From: Vitrella brassicaformis CCMP3155
Taxonomy: Eukaryota; Protista; Chromerida
Assembly: GCA_001179505.1 (NCBI GenBank)
Contig: CDMY01000069.1
Span: 62,001 to 126,000 of the forward strand
Length of the DNA: 64,000 nucleotides
Reading direction: 5' to 3'
Made by a program: the position numbers and the translations under genes. Below the pieces are notes generated by a model. The model saw only the letters and a list, made by a program, of their open reading frames with translations. It was not told the DNA's origin and searched no databases. Shown piece after piece: positions 1 through 13,122 of this stretch (positions are counted from its first letter, which is position 1; every line of letters starts with the position of its first letter).

Positions 1-638
1 TATGCATCCCTGGTTGGTTGACTCTCTGTCTCTGTCCTTGCTTGGTGGTGTCAGTATCCTGACACCAGGCCGTTCCACCTCTAGCAAAAGCCCACACGGC
101 TAAGCCTGCCTGCCTGCCTCCCTATGTGTTTGGCGAAACGTCGGTCTGTGTCATTGGTCCGTGACTGCCATGATTTCATCATGTGTGACTGAGCCTTTAG
201 GCCTTCGGACTTCGGATCTGCACCGATATGTGTGTGTCAGTCAGCAAACATAAAGAAGCTGTTGATTGTTGGGGAAATGATGTGTCGGCCCGCAGATGGA
301 TAACCTGGCTGTGCCCTAATTGGTTTCTCAACATTGATCATGAGTGCCAGCGTTGCGGCACTCCATGAATGTCACTCAGGCACTTCACTAGGCACGTGAG
401 CCTCCAGGGATGTTCCGAATTGGCGAAAGGGGGAAGGGGAGTTGGATCGAGTGAGGATCGAGTGGCTGTTTTTCTCCAACCCGGCAAATTCGTTTCGCGA
501 TTTCTTCGCATCAAGGTGTCGTCAGTGTAGGCAGACAGCCACTGGGCCAGAGAAACGAGCCAAAGGATGGCGAGATCCTTGGTGCGAGCTTGAGTGCCAG
601 GCTGCACGGAAAGTCACCTCTTTCTCTGGCCTGGCGCA

Positions 639-2347
639 ATGGAGAGGCGTTGTGGAAGGTGGTTGCACACCTCAGCGAACCGAAAAAGCGTCGCCGCTGC
701 TGGAAGTGAGCAGATCTGAGCATTCGGACGTGTCTATCTGGCGTGTGGCTGTGTTGGCAGCGTCCACCGGTGTTTCGTCGTGGCGGCTGAGACGGTTCTA
801 TCACAAAGTCGACGTACGGCAGGCCAGGGAGCAGCCTGCTGCACACGGCGGCGAGTGGGAGGTGCTACTCGACGGACGAGTGCTCAAGACGCCCGCCAAG
901 AGGTCATGCAGTGACTGACCAACCAACACGTGCTGACACACACGCTGCCACAGACATCTCATGTACGCCGTGCAGGCCTCTTCGGTTGCCCAGTGAGTCT
1001 CTGGCGCTGTTTCTGGCGTCTGAGTGGCAGGCACAGAGGGACAAAATCACACCACAGCTCATGCCGATGGTGGGTGAGTGGCGAACCGAACCGAACCCAC
1101 AGCATACACACATTACATACATGCGAGAATTGACTCACATGCGTCCCTATGTATGTGGGTGTGCGCCGCGCCTGTGCCTGTTCCGTTGATGCATGGCATG
1201 GCAGATGACTTTGGCATCGACTACGTTGGATGTGGTGTCGTCCCACCGCGAGTCGACGGCTCAGGCGCTCCTCAACTACCTTCACACCGACACCGTCTGG
1301 TGGGTGGGTGCGGGGACGGGGGCAGATACACACATAGAGCCTGGCCTGTGTGTGATGCGTGGCTGGCTGCTTTCATGGTCAGCTTTCGCGACTCGGACGA
1401 GGATCTCGTTAGGCGCCAGGAGGCCGTCCGTACAGAGCACGCAAACGCCGACCTGTTGTTTGCCTTGCCACCCATTGATTTGACTGACACATCACATCGA
1501 ATTATGTGTCTATGTGTCTTCTGTGTGTGTTGACTCACTCGTAGTTATTGCTGCCAGTCCAGCGTGCTTTCGAGGAGCGTTACTGCCCCCACACGGCACT
1601 CGACATCTCACACGGTACGCCACGCTCACAATAGATTGATTGATGTATGAATGGGTACGGTAGGTACACGGGTCGTGTCGTGTCGTGTTGTCTGTGCAGA
1701 CATAAGGCCACCCACCCAGCCGCCTGAGGTCTTTGCGGCCGTATCAGACGCCATGCGCAACATGGTAACCGACCGACTTACTGGGTGAAGAACAGCCAGC
1801 CGACAATTCATTAGTGACCGACACACACACATGGGTGTTTTTATGTCTGTAGAGTGCGTGGGACCTGACGGCCCTGCAGGTCGTCACCATGAACCTCAAG
1901 AGCCTCATACTAGGTAGGTGCGGAGGGCAGACAGCAGGCAAGCAATGGGACAGGGAGGATGGGTCGATTAGTAAAGGAAGGAGCATGATGGATCATGAGG
2001 AGGCCCATAGTTGTTGTGCGTGCCTTTGTGTTGGTTGATTCATACATACCTGACCTGTCTGACAGGTATGGGAGTGGTTGAGGGTTGGGTGTCGGTTCCG
2101 CTGGCCATCGCGGCGGCACGCCTCGAGGAGACATTCCAACAGGAACAGTGGGGCGAGGTCAGCGTGGCACCCACTCACCATCTATCCACCATGCACTGCT
2201 CAGTTACAGGGAGCTGCTCTACCTACTTTCTTCTGTGTGTGCGTCCAGGTGGAGGGTGACCATGACGTTGAGCGCAGTCAGCTGCACATGTGGGTCAATG
2301 CAGCCAGCCTCTTCAGTGAGGCCGCCGCACAGGCAGCGCCTACGTAA
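639..2347 (+). CDS. ATP12: ATP12/ATPAF2 mitochondrial F1 ATP synthase assembly chaperone (multi-exon)
   Basis: Spliced exons give LRRFYHKVDV...WEVLLDGRVLKTPAKR / LALFLASEWQAQRDKITPQLMPM / MTLASTTLD...LLNYLHTDTV / LEETFQQEQWGEV / EGDHDVERSQL, all typical ATP12 blocks. Start at 639 (MERRCGRWLHTSA, presequence-like; intron 706-760) is my best guess. Confidence 0.9.
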
Positions 2348-2503
2348 CGTAGGTAGGTAGGAGCATGGCTGGCCGTTCTGTACGTGTTGGTCGATCGATC
2401 TGCGGTATGAATGCGATTCGATTGGCATGTGCAGCGGCGGGCCGTTCTAGTGTACAGACTTATGGACTTATCATGGTACTTAGTGCACTCAGTGTTTTGT
2501 CGA

Positions 2504-5500
2504 TCACACCCAGTTTGTTTCATCTGAAGGAGACCTCTCAACCCGACCCAGACAGCCACGACTCACAGCAGACATAGTTCTTCATCGTCGATTTGTATGA
2601 CGTCCTCCTCCACTCTACTCATCTTGTCCATGAAGACACGCAGCCCACTCACACTCTCCAAGTGGCCCGGGTCATGCATCACCTGCACAACTCCAATCAC
2701 ACACACAGGGATTGGTATTATCATATGGCGTGCCGATTGATTGAGTGACCTGTGTGAGCATGCCGATGGGGTTTTGTTCGAATGCCTCGTGCACCGCCGG
2801 AGAACAGCACGTGCAGTAGGGCGACTGGGGGCTGGAACCCACTACCAGACGAAACCCTGATCGATGCCCACACAGAGAGAGGACGACACGCCACATTCAT
2901 GTTGACACGAATACACGTGGGTGGGTTGATGTGTTGGTTGCTTTGCTTGTGGTAGCATAGCATGCATAGCTATCTATCTCACCCCCGATGAATCCCCTGA
3001 TAGAGTGTGGGCAAGCGCCAAGGCACGAGTCATCGCTGCTGCCCGTGTCCTTCTCAGATGGGTCGGCCACAAACCCACTGGACAAACAACAGCCACACAC
3101 ACACAAAGGGACCCAAGGTAGGTGGCCAGCGGCGTGCATGACAGTCACTCAGTCCTACACTTACTGCGGGTGTTGTGAGAGAGTGACCAGCAGCTCCACA
3201 GCGAGTGCCGAGGCCATGGGCGACACTCCTGGACGTGTGACAGTACACTGCTGATCCAAAGTCCTAACCACACGTGTCAGTCACACAAACACCCGAGGCA
3301 GCACACACAGCCGAGAAAACAGGGAGACATAAACTGCCGTGCGTCGTGTCACGTTGCCGTTGCATGGCCTGTATGTACGCATTGCCCACCTGTTGGATGT
3401 GGTGTCTCTGGGTGCCGACAGGTCATTGCAGAAGTAGCAGGCCAGGCTCTGATCCTTGTACCCGTGACGCAGCACGAGAAAGGAGTCGAACCCCAACGCT
3501 ACAGTGATGCCCAGCGGCACACCACCGCACCCACCCTCACCCTCTGACCCCACCGCCGCTCCACCTCCTGCCGTCTGCTGCTGCTGTTGCTGTTGCTGCC
3601 TCCTGACGGCCCGCCAGGATTTGTTAGCGATGAGGAATGAGGGCAGCCAGCGGGACTCACGTGAGTCAGTGCCCATGAACACTACATCGTGCTCAGATAT
3701 CAGCTCGTCCAGCGTGTGCAGGGACCGCTCGATCGATGCCGATGTGCTGGCGGCCGCACCGCTGCCGGATGGGGATGGGGCTGATGCTGCCGACGCGTCG
3801 AAGTGGCCCGGCATGGGTATCTCGAACACCACACCCCTCGCATCCACATCGGGGCGAATCTCACGCAACGCCTCACAGGCAGCATCCACCTTGGGACGAC
3901 CGCTGCCGCCCTGCACTCACTCCCACGCACAGCACCGCACATGTCAGTCAGGTACAGAATGCAATGCATACACATGGGCTAGCTCAGCTGACTTGACTTG
4001 TCTGGGGGCTGGGCTGGGCTGATGATGTCATGTCACATGTGCGGTGCATGTGCTGTGGTGTGGGATGGGAGGCTGACCTCGGCCGCTGCATCTTGGTGTT
4101 TGAAAAGGCTTTGCCTGACGGGGTTGGACATGGCCACATTGCCGCTGTCGACAAAGGTTATGTGCCTGGCAGGCAGGCACACATTCACAGACACGCACCG
4201 CACCGCACCAAACGCACACACCACCCACAACAGAGCACTTGCACAGATGGAGGATTCTTCTGTTGCCTATGCGCTTACTTGGCCCCCCAGGCAATGAGTG
4301 CCCTGGCGATTGCGCACCCCAGAGTGCCCGCGCCCAGCAGAAGGAAGCGCATCGAGTTGAACCTCTCTGGATCGAACTGTGGCACCATGCGCCACTTGAT
4401 GAGCTTAACATTGAGGTCGACGGCGTTGGCTTGTATGGTGGTGAAGTCGAGGTAGTCACACAGGTTGACCTGCTGCACTGTCGTGCTCTTGTGCTGCTGA
4501 TGGCCTGGTGCCTGGCCATGGCCGTCCGCCACCGGCCACCTCACCCAACCGCCCAGACACGTCGCTCGTGCAGAGCTGCTGCCATTTCGGCTGTCATGGG
4601 ATAACGGTGGTGGGAGGGTGAAGGCATCGGCAGGTGGGAAGCGGACGGTATAGACCGACGACTGATAGGACGGACGGTACTCGTTGTCAGCCTGGTGGGT
4701 GATGACCTTGCGGAGGTCCCTGAAGGCCAAAATGCGGATGGTCCTGCCGTACAGACGCCTCTTGCTAGCCAGAAGGAAGAGCACATTGCGCAAGCCCCAC
4801 CCCATGGCCTCCGCTGAGGTGGACGAGTCTACATAGCCGAGCCACGGCCCATCCGCGGCCCCACCAGCATTCCCTCCCCCCACATGGACGTCGAACAGGC
4901 CATCCTTGAGCGTCGTGTGGTCGGCCTTGAGCTGTCGCATCATGGCGCTGATGTCTTGGGCCGTCATGGCTTGGTCAAGGTGCTGGTGGTCGATGTGTTG
5001 GTATGAGGGGTTGGGGCTGATGACGGGGAAGGCAATGGAGTAGTACACGCGATACTTCTTGAGGTCGATAAACGTCAGCATCACCAACACGCGACCGGCA
5101 CCACATGGGGCCATCTCCCGCAGCCCCCTCACGCGCACACCACCACCACCCGCAGTGTCCCCTGCCGCTCGCCTAGATGAATAATCGTCAGATTCAGCCG
5201 CACCTTCCGCACCGCCGTTTGCAATGGCCGCGGCCACAGTGTCGGTGAGCTGTTTGCGGTCGAATGAGCGGAACTCCTCGAGTGTGTTGACGTTGATGAG
5301 TGTCCCCCGCCACTCCTCGTGAAGCAGACTCGAACCACTCTCGTCATTGGTGGCCACCCCTCCCTCCCCGGTGCTGCTGGTGTGGGTGAATGAAGATCTG
5401 GTCAGCCGGAGCTGCCCAGATGTGCGGGAGGCGTCCTTGGATGCGGGACTGTGCGGTGCGGGTCTCTCCATGGTGGCGACGATGGGCACTCGGGGTGTCG

Positions 5501-5597
5501 TGAGCTTCATGCGGTCGAGCTTCTGCGCTGCCAGCTCTTGCCAGAAGGAGATGTCCACCACTACACGGGGCGGCTCAAACGACAGAGGATGCGCCAT
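2504..5597 (-). CDS. ATG7: ATG7 autophagy E1-like enzyme
   Basis: N-terminal [15 protein letters not shown]; [14 protein letters not shown]; [15 protein letters not shown]; Rossmann [10 protein letters not shown]; [16 protein letters not shown]; [10 protein letters not shown]; LACYFCND; catalytic-Cys block [12 protein letters not shown] near 3200-3265. Long first exon followed by several introns. Confidence 0.95.
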
Positions 5598-5960
5598 GAT
5601 GCCCCGTTTGCGCGCAGATCTCCGTAGCTCGCATGATAGCCAAACCGCCTAGGACATTGCGTGAAACTGTTCGTCGAGGCAAAAGGTTCAGATCTGGCAG
5701 CGCACGCCCTGAGTATGGTGGCTGGAGGAGGCTTCACTGGCTACATCATCATTTTTCCTCTGCAATGCACCTTCTGCCGTAACTCGAGGTGGGCAGCTGG
5801 CGTATCAGGCAGGCGGCTGCATTCATTCAGACATGCTGTGCTGTGCTGTGCTGCTCTTCATCGCAGATAATTGACTGGCTGACGCGGGCCAAGATCCACT
5901 CCCTCTTCGAAGCATTCATTCCTCCCCCCAACCGGCTGAGTTGGCCATCGACTGTCTATC
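5598..5960. promoter_or_regulatory. Divergent promoter spacer ATG7 / carrier
   Basis: Between opposing start codons. AGCTCGCA 5626-5633, AGATCT 5616 and 5690, GTGAAAC 5661. Confidence 0.6.
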
Positions 5961-8394
5961 ATGGCAGATCCCTCATCGACAGAGCAGCTTGAGGCCACCG
6001 TCCGCCAGCTCACCTCCACGGTCGCCTCGCTAACGCGAGCAGTCGAGGCCCTCAGCGATGAAATGCAGCGGGCCAGGGGCGAGTCGAGGACACCGAGCGT
6101 GCCAGCTGCGGGTGTGACCCCTGGTTCGTTCACTGATGTGTCTGGTGGCTTGAGTGGCGGCACGCGACGCTCCACGGCCGACCCCTTCCCTTTCCACGTC
6201 GACTTCATCGCCGGCAGCCTGGCGGTGAGTGACAAGGGGGAGGGAGGACAATACACACACACACATACGCTCAGCCTCCGGTTGATGCCTTGATTTATTC
6301 ATGCATGCATTTCCTGCCATCCCTATCGCTGATCCCGCGCAGCTTCCCCTTTCATTCGGTATGTATGCGATGGTCGCGACGACCCCCACAAAAACCACAC
6401 TGTTGTAGTAAATGCCTCGCTGTTTCTCTTTTTGCGTGTTGCCCCGCCCCACCTCCTTACTTATCCACGAGTGCAGCTGTGATGCATCCGTTGGACACGA
6501 TTCGGACCCAGATGCAGGCCGTGGTCGGCACCTCGTCAGGCAGCTTGGCCAACGGCATGTCCTCAGTCACTAACGGCAGCGGCGCCACCAACGGCTTCAC
6601 CACACAACTCACCAGGGCACTGCGGTCAGTCAGTCAGTCAGTCAGGGTGGACAGATGAGATGACAAGCCCAATCCGATCCTTCTCATCGATGTCTGTCTG
6701 TCTGTCTGTATTTCCTTCCCTCCCTGCCTGCGCTGTGTGTGTGCGTGTGTCACAGTGCTGCTGGGGCCAAGGTGCTCTCGAGAGGGTTCTTCGCGAGGTA
6801 ACCTAACCACCTACCTACCTATTCATTCACACATACAGACAGACAATTAAGAGGCCGGCCCGACCAGTGTGTGTGGATGGATCTGCGATTGCAATCAGTG
6901 TGCTGGGTGCCGCTCCCCAGGGAGGGCTCCGATTCGGCACATACGGAGTCGCACAGAGGTATGCTGTGCACGCGGGCAGGCTGCCCGCGGCTGGCTATCG
7001 ACAAATCAATAATCGGGTGTCTTGGTTAATGTTGTTTGTTCATGTCATGTACCTACCTACCTAGGTGGCTGGATCCCTACTTCGACAGCCCAGCTCTCCG
7101 GAACGCCTGTTGTGCGGTTGCGGGTGACTTTGCATCGTCGCTGGTCAAGGTGCCCCGGGAAGTGGTCGTGCAAAGGCTACAAACAGGTACACACACACAC
7201 AGACACACAGAGAGACAGACAGACAGACACCAATCAATACATTGACTTGACACCAATGGTCCACTGATGATATGACTTGGAGGACAGGGCCTGCAGATGT
7301 GTGTCCATACTTACATGGATGCACTGGCTTGTTTGCTTCGCTGCTCTGCTCTGCTCTGCTCTGTTGTGTCCCTCCCCTCCCCTCCCCTCCCCTCCCCTGC
7401 CCTCCCACCCCCAACCAACAGGCATGTACCGCAGTACGCTCCACGCCGTTGGTCAGATCCTGCGCACGGAGGGGCCGCTAGGACTCTTCACGGGATACAC
7501 ATCAACGGCTGCACGAGACGTGCCCTTCATGGTCAGCACCGCCACACATGTTTGTGATTTAGATGCTTCCATGGTATGCATTTCTGTGTGTGTGTGTGCG
7601 GATGGATGGATGGCATGGTTGGTGCAGGTGGTGCTGTTTGTGTCGTATGAGCAGTTCAAGTCATGGAAGATCAGACTATCGACGCACGAGCAGCGGATCG
7701 AGACGCTCCAGTCCGCACACCACCACCACCATGGAGAAACACTCTCAGAGTGAGTGAGTGAGCAGTCAGCCACGCACGCCACCGACCAACAGACAGGAAG
7801 AAGCAAGACAAGTAAATTGTCTGTGTGCGTATGTGTGTGTGTGATAGTGCCGAGACGATTCTGTGGGGCGGCATCAGTGGTGCGTTGGCTGGCTGGACCA
7901 CCACACCCCTCGACGTCATCAAAACCAGAATCATGACGGCAGGTACCTACGGACGGACATACAAAGGGAGGGATGTGAGGTGCCGTCGGGGAATGATTGG
8001 CCACCAGGCACCCACACGTTCCGTTCCGTCCCCTGTCTGTCTGACTGCCTGTCTGTGTGTCTGTGTGTGTGTCCAGATAAGGTGAGTGATCGTTCAGCGG
8101 CCAAGGTAGTGTCATCGTTGGCTGCCGGGGGGCCCAGGGGATTCTTCGTCGGCGCTGGACCTAGAGCTGCCTGGTATGCATGGATGGGATGTGATGAGAT
8201 GGGGGTTGCGGCCATACTTACCTACCATACATACCACAGCACAGCACAACAGAGCACACGTAATCCAGTCAGTCAGTGTGGTCAGTCATGTCACTCTTGT
8301 GTGTCCATGTGATGTGTGTGATGCATGTAGGTGGTTTTGCGTGTGCTCCATCTTCTTCGCGTCCTACGAGCGCCTCAGGGAACTCCTCGACTGA
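5961..8394 (+). CDS. Mitochondrial carrier family protein (SLC25; S-adenosylmethionine-carrier-like) with N-terminal coiled-coil extension
   Basis: Three carrier signature motifs: HPLDTIRTQMQ, VPREVVVQRLQ, TPLDVIKTRIM. Also RDVPF...FVSYEQFK and GFFVGAGPRAAW...FFASYE. Substrate assignment is by resemblance only. Confidence 0.88.
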
Positions 8395-9111
8395 CTCACT
8401 GACTCACTGATCCTTCCCTTCCTTCCTCCTCATGGATGAATGCCTTGAGTCTTGAGAGGGACCTAGCCCGTCATTTGTCGGTGCGTGCGACAGACAGTTG
8501 CCCTGTCTTGCCTTGCGTGTATCTATGTACAGTTTTGGATGGATGGATATGGATAAACAGACATAGACAGACAGACAGACGAGGATTTATTTGCATTCCG
8601 TGTGGGTGCTGTGCTGGATGATGAAATGAATGGTGCGGTGCGTCGAGTGGTCCATCGAAATCTTAGGTAGCGTATGCGCTGAGTGTATGTAGTCGTGTAG
8701 GCACAACGCAAGCATGAGCCGTCAATGTCTCGATGAGATCGAAACAACCGATCGTCATGTCATGACACAGGTAGCGACGCAGGCAGCTACACACACAGAC
8801 GCACGCACAGGGGCAGGGCAACAAAAACGCCACGGCCATGCAATCAATGCACACGCGCACAGCATATGATATATGTGCGCAAACATGCATTCACTTGCGC
8901 ACTGACTGGCGACCTGCGTGTCCGTCAGGTCAGTCAGTCTGTCTGCCTGTCTCTGAGTGTGTGAGAGTCTGTCTGTCTGTCAGTCAGTCCGTGCCGCAGC
9001 TATTCACAGCTCAAAACAGTCTAGGTAGGGAGGAAGACAGACAGATAGAGAGATCGACAATGTATGTCTGTATCCGTCCGCGGGCATCCATCCATCCATC
9101 ACATGTATGTA

Positions 9112-10333
9112 TCACATCTGTTTAAATACATAGTCAATGCCCGTAAAGACGCCTGAACATGCAATAAAACCAATCAACACAAACCACACTGATTGTTCCG
9201 TCCGTCTGTGTGCGTGCGGCGTGCCGTGTCGCCTGTCTGTCTGTCTGTCTGTCTGTCTGCCCATATATCCCGCCTGGCCTGGATGGGATGCCATCAATCT
9301 ATCTCTTTTCTCTCTATGCACGACTGACTGACATGCGTCCCTACCGTCCGTAGGTATGTACCTGTAGCGACGAGTGAGTATCTGATGGCAGCCTTCCAAG
9401 AGGTGGTGATCTTGAAGAGACCCCCAGCCAGCGCACCAGCTATCGCCGCATTGCCAATGTCGTCAGCACCACGCACCCAACCAATCAGGTTGTTAAACCC
9501 CACATAGAAACCAGCTGATGGATGGATGGAATTCATTTACACATACAGACATCCATCCATCCATCCATCATACATATGCACACACAAACACAGACACGTA
9601 AGAAAGACATATGGAAGGAAAAGGAGAAATGAAACAGAGTGCAGTGGCTGTGTTTTTGTGTGTGTACCGATGACGGCGCATTGGTTGGCGAGAGCTGGTC
9701 CGTGTGTGCTGGTGGAGTTGAGGACGCTGTTGAAGAATAACCTGGACGTCGCCCCGCCCTTGCGCAAGCCCATCACCAAACCATAACCCCCACCGACGGC
9801 CAGACCTGCACAGACATGGACACACAGACAGACAGCTAGCTGTACAGTCAGTGAATGGCAATGATGGACAAGTGATCTGCGTGCCCGCCCTGCCCGCCCC
9901 CCCTCGAGACGACACGACACGACAGCCACGTGCTATGCACATCACATAGTATGGATGGCTCCCTCCCTCCCTCGCTCCCTAATCAATCACCTGAAGCATA
10001 TGCGAGTCCCACACTGTATGTGAGTTTCTCGCCCCATTGTCGGCCGTATCCATGAAGGTACAGGTCGTCCTTCCTCGCCGTTGTCGCCAGACTACCTGAC
10101 GCCGCCGGCCGCCGCTGCGACAGGATATCCAGGTTGCTCCTGATGCCCTGCAGGCACCACAACCACACCACCAGCACAGCAACCAGCCGAGATCGCAACA
10201 CACACAATCAAGGGGCATCCAGCCACGCCGCGATCGAGTCATGCAACGAGGGAGTGAGGTGCGGCCGTGTCTTCCGTGCCGCCTCTGAGGTGCGGGCGTG
10301 TCTTGGGCTTACCCCGGTGTATTCGTTCTCCAT
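9112..10333 (-). CDS. TIM23: TIM23 (Tim17/22/23 family) inner-membrane translocase subunit
   Basis: Exons: YGRQWGEKLTYSVGLAYASG / LAVGGGYGLVMGLRKGGATSRLFFNSVLNSTSTHGPALANQCAVI / NNLIGWVRGADDIGNAAIAGALAGGLFK. GxxxG-rich TM helices. Start MENEYTG followed by a GTAAG donor. Confidence 0.85.
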
Positions 10334-10451
10334 GGCGAGCATGCCAGCGGATGTCAGCATGTCATCCAAGATCTCCAAACACAGAGGCTTCCCCACCGCT
10401 TAGCTCGCACGAGCTCGCTCCTCACTCTCCTTTTCCTCTCCATCAACGAGG
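10334..10451. promoter_or_regulatory. Divergent promoter spacer TIM23 / ankyrin protein (118 bp)
   Basis: AGATCT 10369; AGCTCGC 10402 and 10412. Confidence 0.6.
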
Positions 10452-12705
10452 ATGAGAAGACGCCGTCCCGAAGCTGTAGGTGGTCACACACCAAACTGAT
10501 GAATTCATCTTCGCCTCTGCTCGCTGGGTTGAGTGTTTGCAGGTGTCTGCTGGCGAGCCACCACCAACCGATGGCAAGGGCCACCCGACGGGCGACGCCA
10601 AGGCCACAGAGGCCAAGAAGGTGAGCAGATCTGCCTTCCTCAAACTGACTGTGTGCTCATGGCTGTGTTTCGTGCTGCTTGTGCAGGTTCCGAAGAGGCG
10701 GTCTGGGGGGCTGTGGTACTTGGCGGGGGCTGCATTCGTCATCGTGACCGGCCTTGGTGCGGTTGTGGGTGGGTGGTGGCACCTCCTGCCTGTGGCATGG
10801 CTGTATCACAGCACCACCCCTCCCAGTGACCCTTCACAGGCCCCTCCCTCCCCGCCCACCCTATCCCCCATCCCCACCCCGTCCCCCGCTCCTCCCAAAG
10901 TGGAGGAGGAGTGGCCTTATGCCCCGGTGGGTGAACCCGAGCCCCCCGCCACACCAGATGCGACCCACCAAAAGCCTAACGAGACGGCAGCTAGTCCAGG
11001 CAGCAAAGAAAGAGAGCCGACGGCACTTGGTGGGAAGGGTGGAGCCGGCAAGAAGGCGGCGAGCAAGAGGATAGGTGGGGCTCCAGAGTACGAGGGTGCG
11101 TCGAGCGAGCCGTACCTCGACAAGAACGGCAAGCTCAAGAAGCGCGTCAAGGTGGATGTGCACGATGAAGCCACGGGACAGTGGCTCGAACAGGAAATGG
11201 TCAGCCACTCACACACTCACTCACCAATCGATGGATGGATGGATGGATGGGTGGACGGGCGTTCCACACAAGTGAGGCGAGAGAGTGGCGTTTTTGGTTT
11301 AGTGTGGGTCAGTGAATGTTTGTGGTGCCTCTGTCGTACGTCTGCCTGTGTGTGTGTGTCAGGAGGTGGACTGGAAGAAGGAGTACGAAGAAGACAAAGA
11401 CCGGGTGGGGTGCGATGGGGCGGGCAGGAGACGGGGGGTGCGCACCGCACATGGATCGATCGATTGATTGATAGTGTGCACGCAGGCCAGGCAGGGGGAA
11501 AGGAACCCTCATTCATCTGATCTGTTGGCGCGCTCTTTTTGTCAGGACACTCCAGAGCATCAGTTCTTGAGTGGTTGTGTGGAGGGCAACATCAAGCTGG
11601 TCAAGAAGCTCCTCAAGAAGAACCCCCCTTTCACACACATCACTGACGAGGTGGCCAGCCATGCATCACACACCTATGCAATCACAGGCACGCTGCCTGC
11701 CCACCTGGGGGTCGTTAGATGTGTTCTCACTCCATGCCCTCCGGCCTTTGCTTTGATCCTGCCTGCCTGCAATCAGAATGGCAAGACAGGTCTGTTTCTT
11801 GCGTGCGAGAAGGGCCATTTCGACGTGGTGAAGCTCCTGGCCGACAATGGGGCCGACCCCACACTCAGAACGGAGGTACGGAGGGAGGGAGGGGAGCCGA
11901 CCCAAGATGTTGTTTCTGTATGAGTTGGTTGGCGTCTGTGTGTCGGTATGCATGTACGCTACACTTGTGTACGATGGATGGCATGGATGGCAGCATGGCA
12001 ACACGCCCCTTCATGCAGCAGGTGGGCCGGACGGACTGCATCAAATACATGGGAAAGGAAGGGGTCATCTTGGTCGCTTGATCCATCCTCAAATCCATTC
12101 ATAGCTGTGTGTGTGTTATATTGTGTGATTCATATAGCGATGGCGAATTCCAAGAGGATAGCCGAGTTGCTGCTGGCTGGTGGTGCGGACCCCAATGCCA
12201 AGTCTTACTACACGGGCTACACTCCACTCCACAAGGCCGTTCTGAGGAAGAACAAGCACCTCGTGCAGCTGCTTATTCAGCACGGAGCAGACGTCAATAC
12301 GGAGGGTGGCGACGGCCTCACGCCCTATGACATAGCCGAGATGGAGCAGGTCGACCACCTCAGGAGACTACTCAAATCACACGGGTAGGTGGGTAAGCAA
12401 CTGGACGTGGGTACTCGAGTGGGGCAGGCAGGCAGGCAGGGCACTGACAGCAGAGCAGAGCAGAGCACAGCACAGCACGTGAAAATTGAGGATCCACCAC
12501 GTACACGCAGAACATGACTTGTCTGTCCGTGTCCGTGTACGAACATTGCTGCTATGTATGTATGTCGGTGTGTTCCCTCTCTGTCTGTCTGTCTGTCTGT
12601 GTACGTCGGCATAGTGGAAAGCCGTCGGGCATTGCGCCTCACCCAGACGACCTGGAGCTGATGATGGAAGAGGAGCACGACAAGGCACAGGGACAACACA
12701 CCTGA
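10452..12705 (+). CDS. Single-TM ankyrin-repeat protein with Pro-rich linker
   Basis: TM helix WYLAGAAFVIVTGLGAVVGGWW, then a Pro/Lys-rich linker, then ankyrin repeats NGKTGLFLACEKGHFDVVKLLADNGADP, HGNTPLHAA and TGYTPLHKAVLRKNKHLVQLLIQHGADVN. Confidence 0.8.
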
Positions 12706-13122
12706 CAGACGCACCAGCACCCACCCACCGACACGCACGGCCACAGGGAGGGAGGGAGGGAGGGATGCCTTCAGGCAGGCAGACAGTGTGCGAGTGACAT
12801 GGGATGGGTGGGTGGCGCTCGTGCGATGTCAATGGTTGACTGACGCATCCATCGATGCGCTTCGGCATGTGTATTCAGTGATCCCATTGATTCGAATCCG
12901 GGCCGGGCACCCATCCCATCCGTCAGTCAGTCAGTCATATCATTCATGCATTCAGGCAGGCTGGCTGCTCTGCTGGCCTGCCTCCGAAAGAAACGCTTGC
13001 TTGCGTCATCCCTCCCTGCATCCACCCCTCATTGCATTGCCCCGCTCGCTCGCACCGCACAGTAGAACTATGGCTGCTTGAGGCAGTCAGTGAGTGGGTC
13101 ATTGACTCACATACATACATCA

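Noticed and set aside
1-560. Possible 5' end of a minus-strand gene divergent from ATP12
   Set aside because: Only short ambiguous open stretches; no product could be supported.
567-641. Upstream ATG (MARSLVRA-TGA) in frame with the ATP12 start, suggesting readthrough or selenocysteine
   Set aside because: The TGA falls in a non-conserved presequence region, no SECIS was evident, and the stretch coincides with the GCGAGCT promoter motif. It is more likely a chance uORF or promoter sequence.
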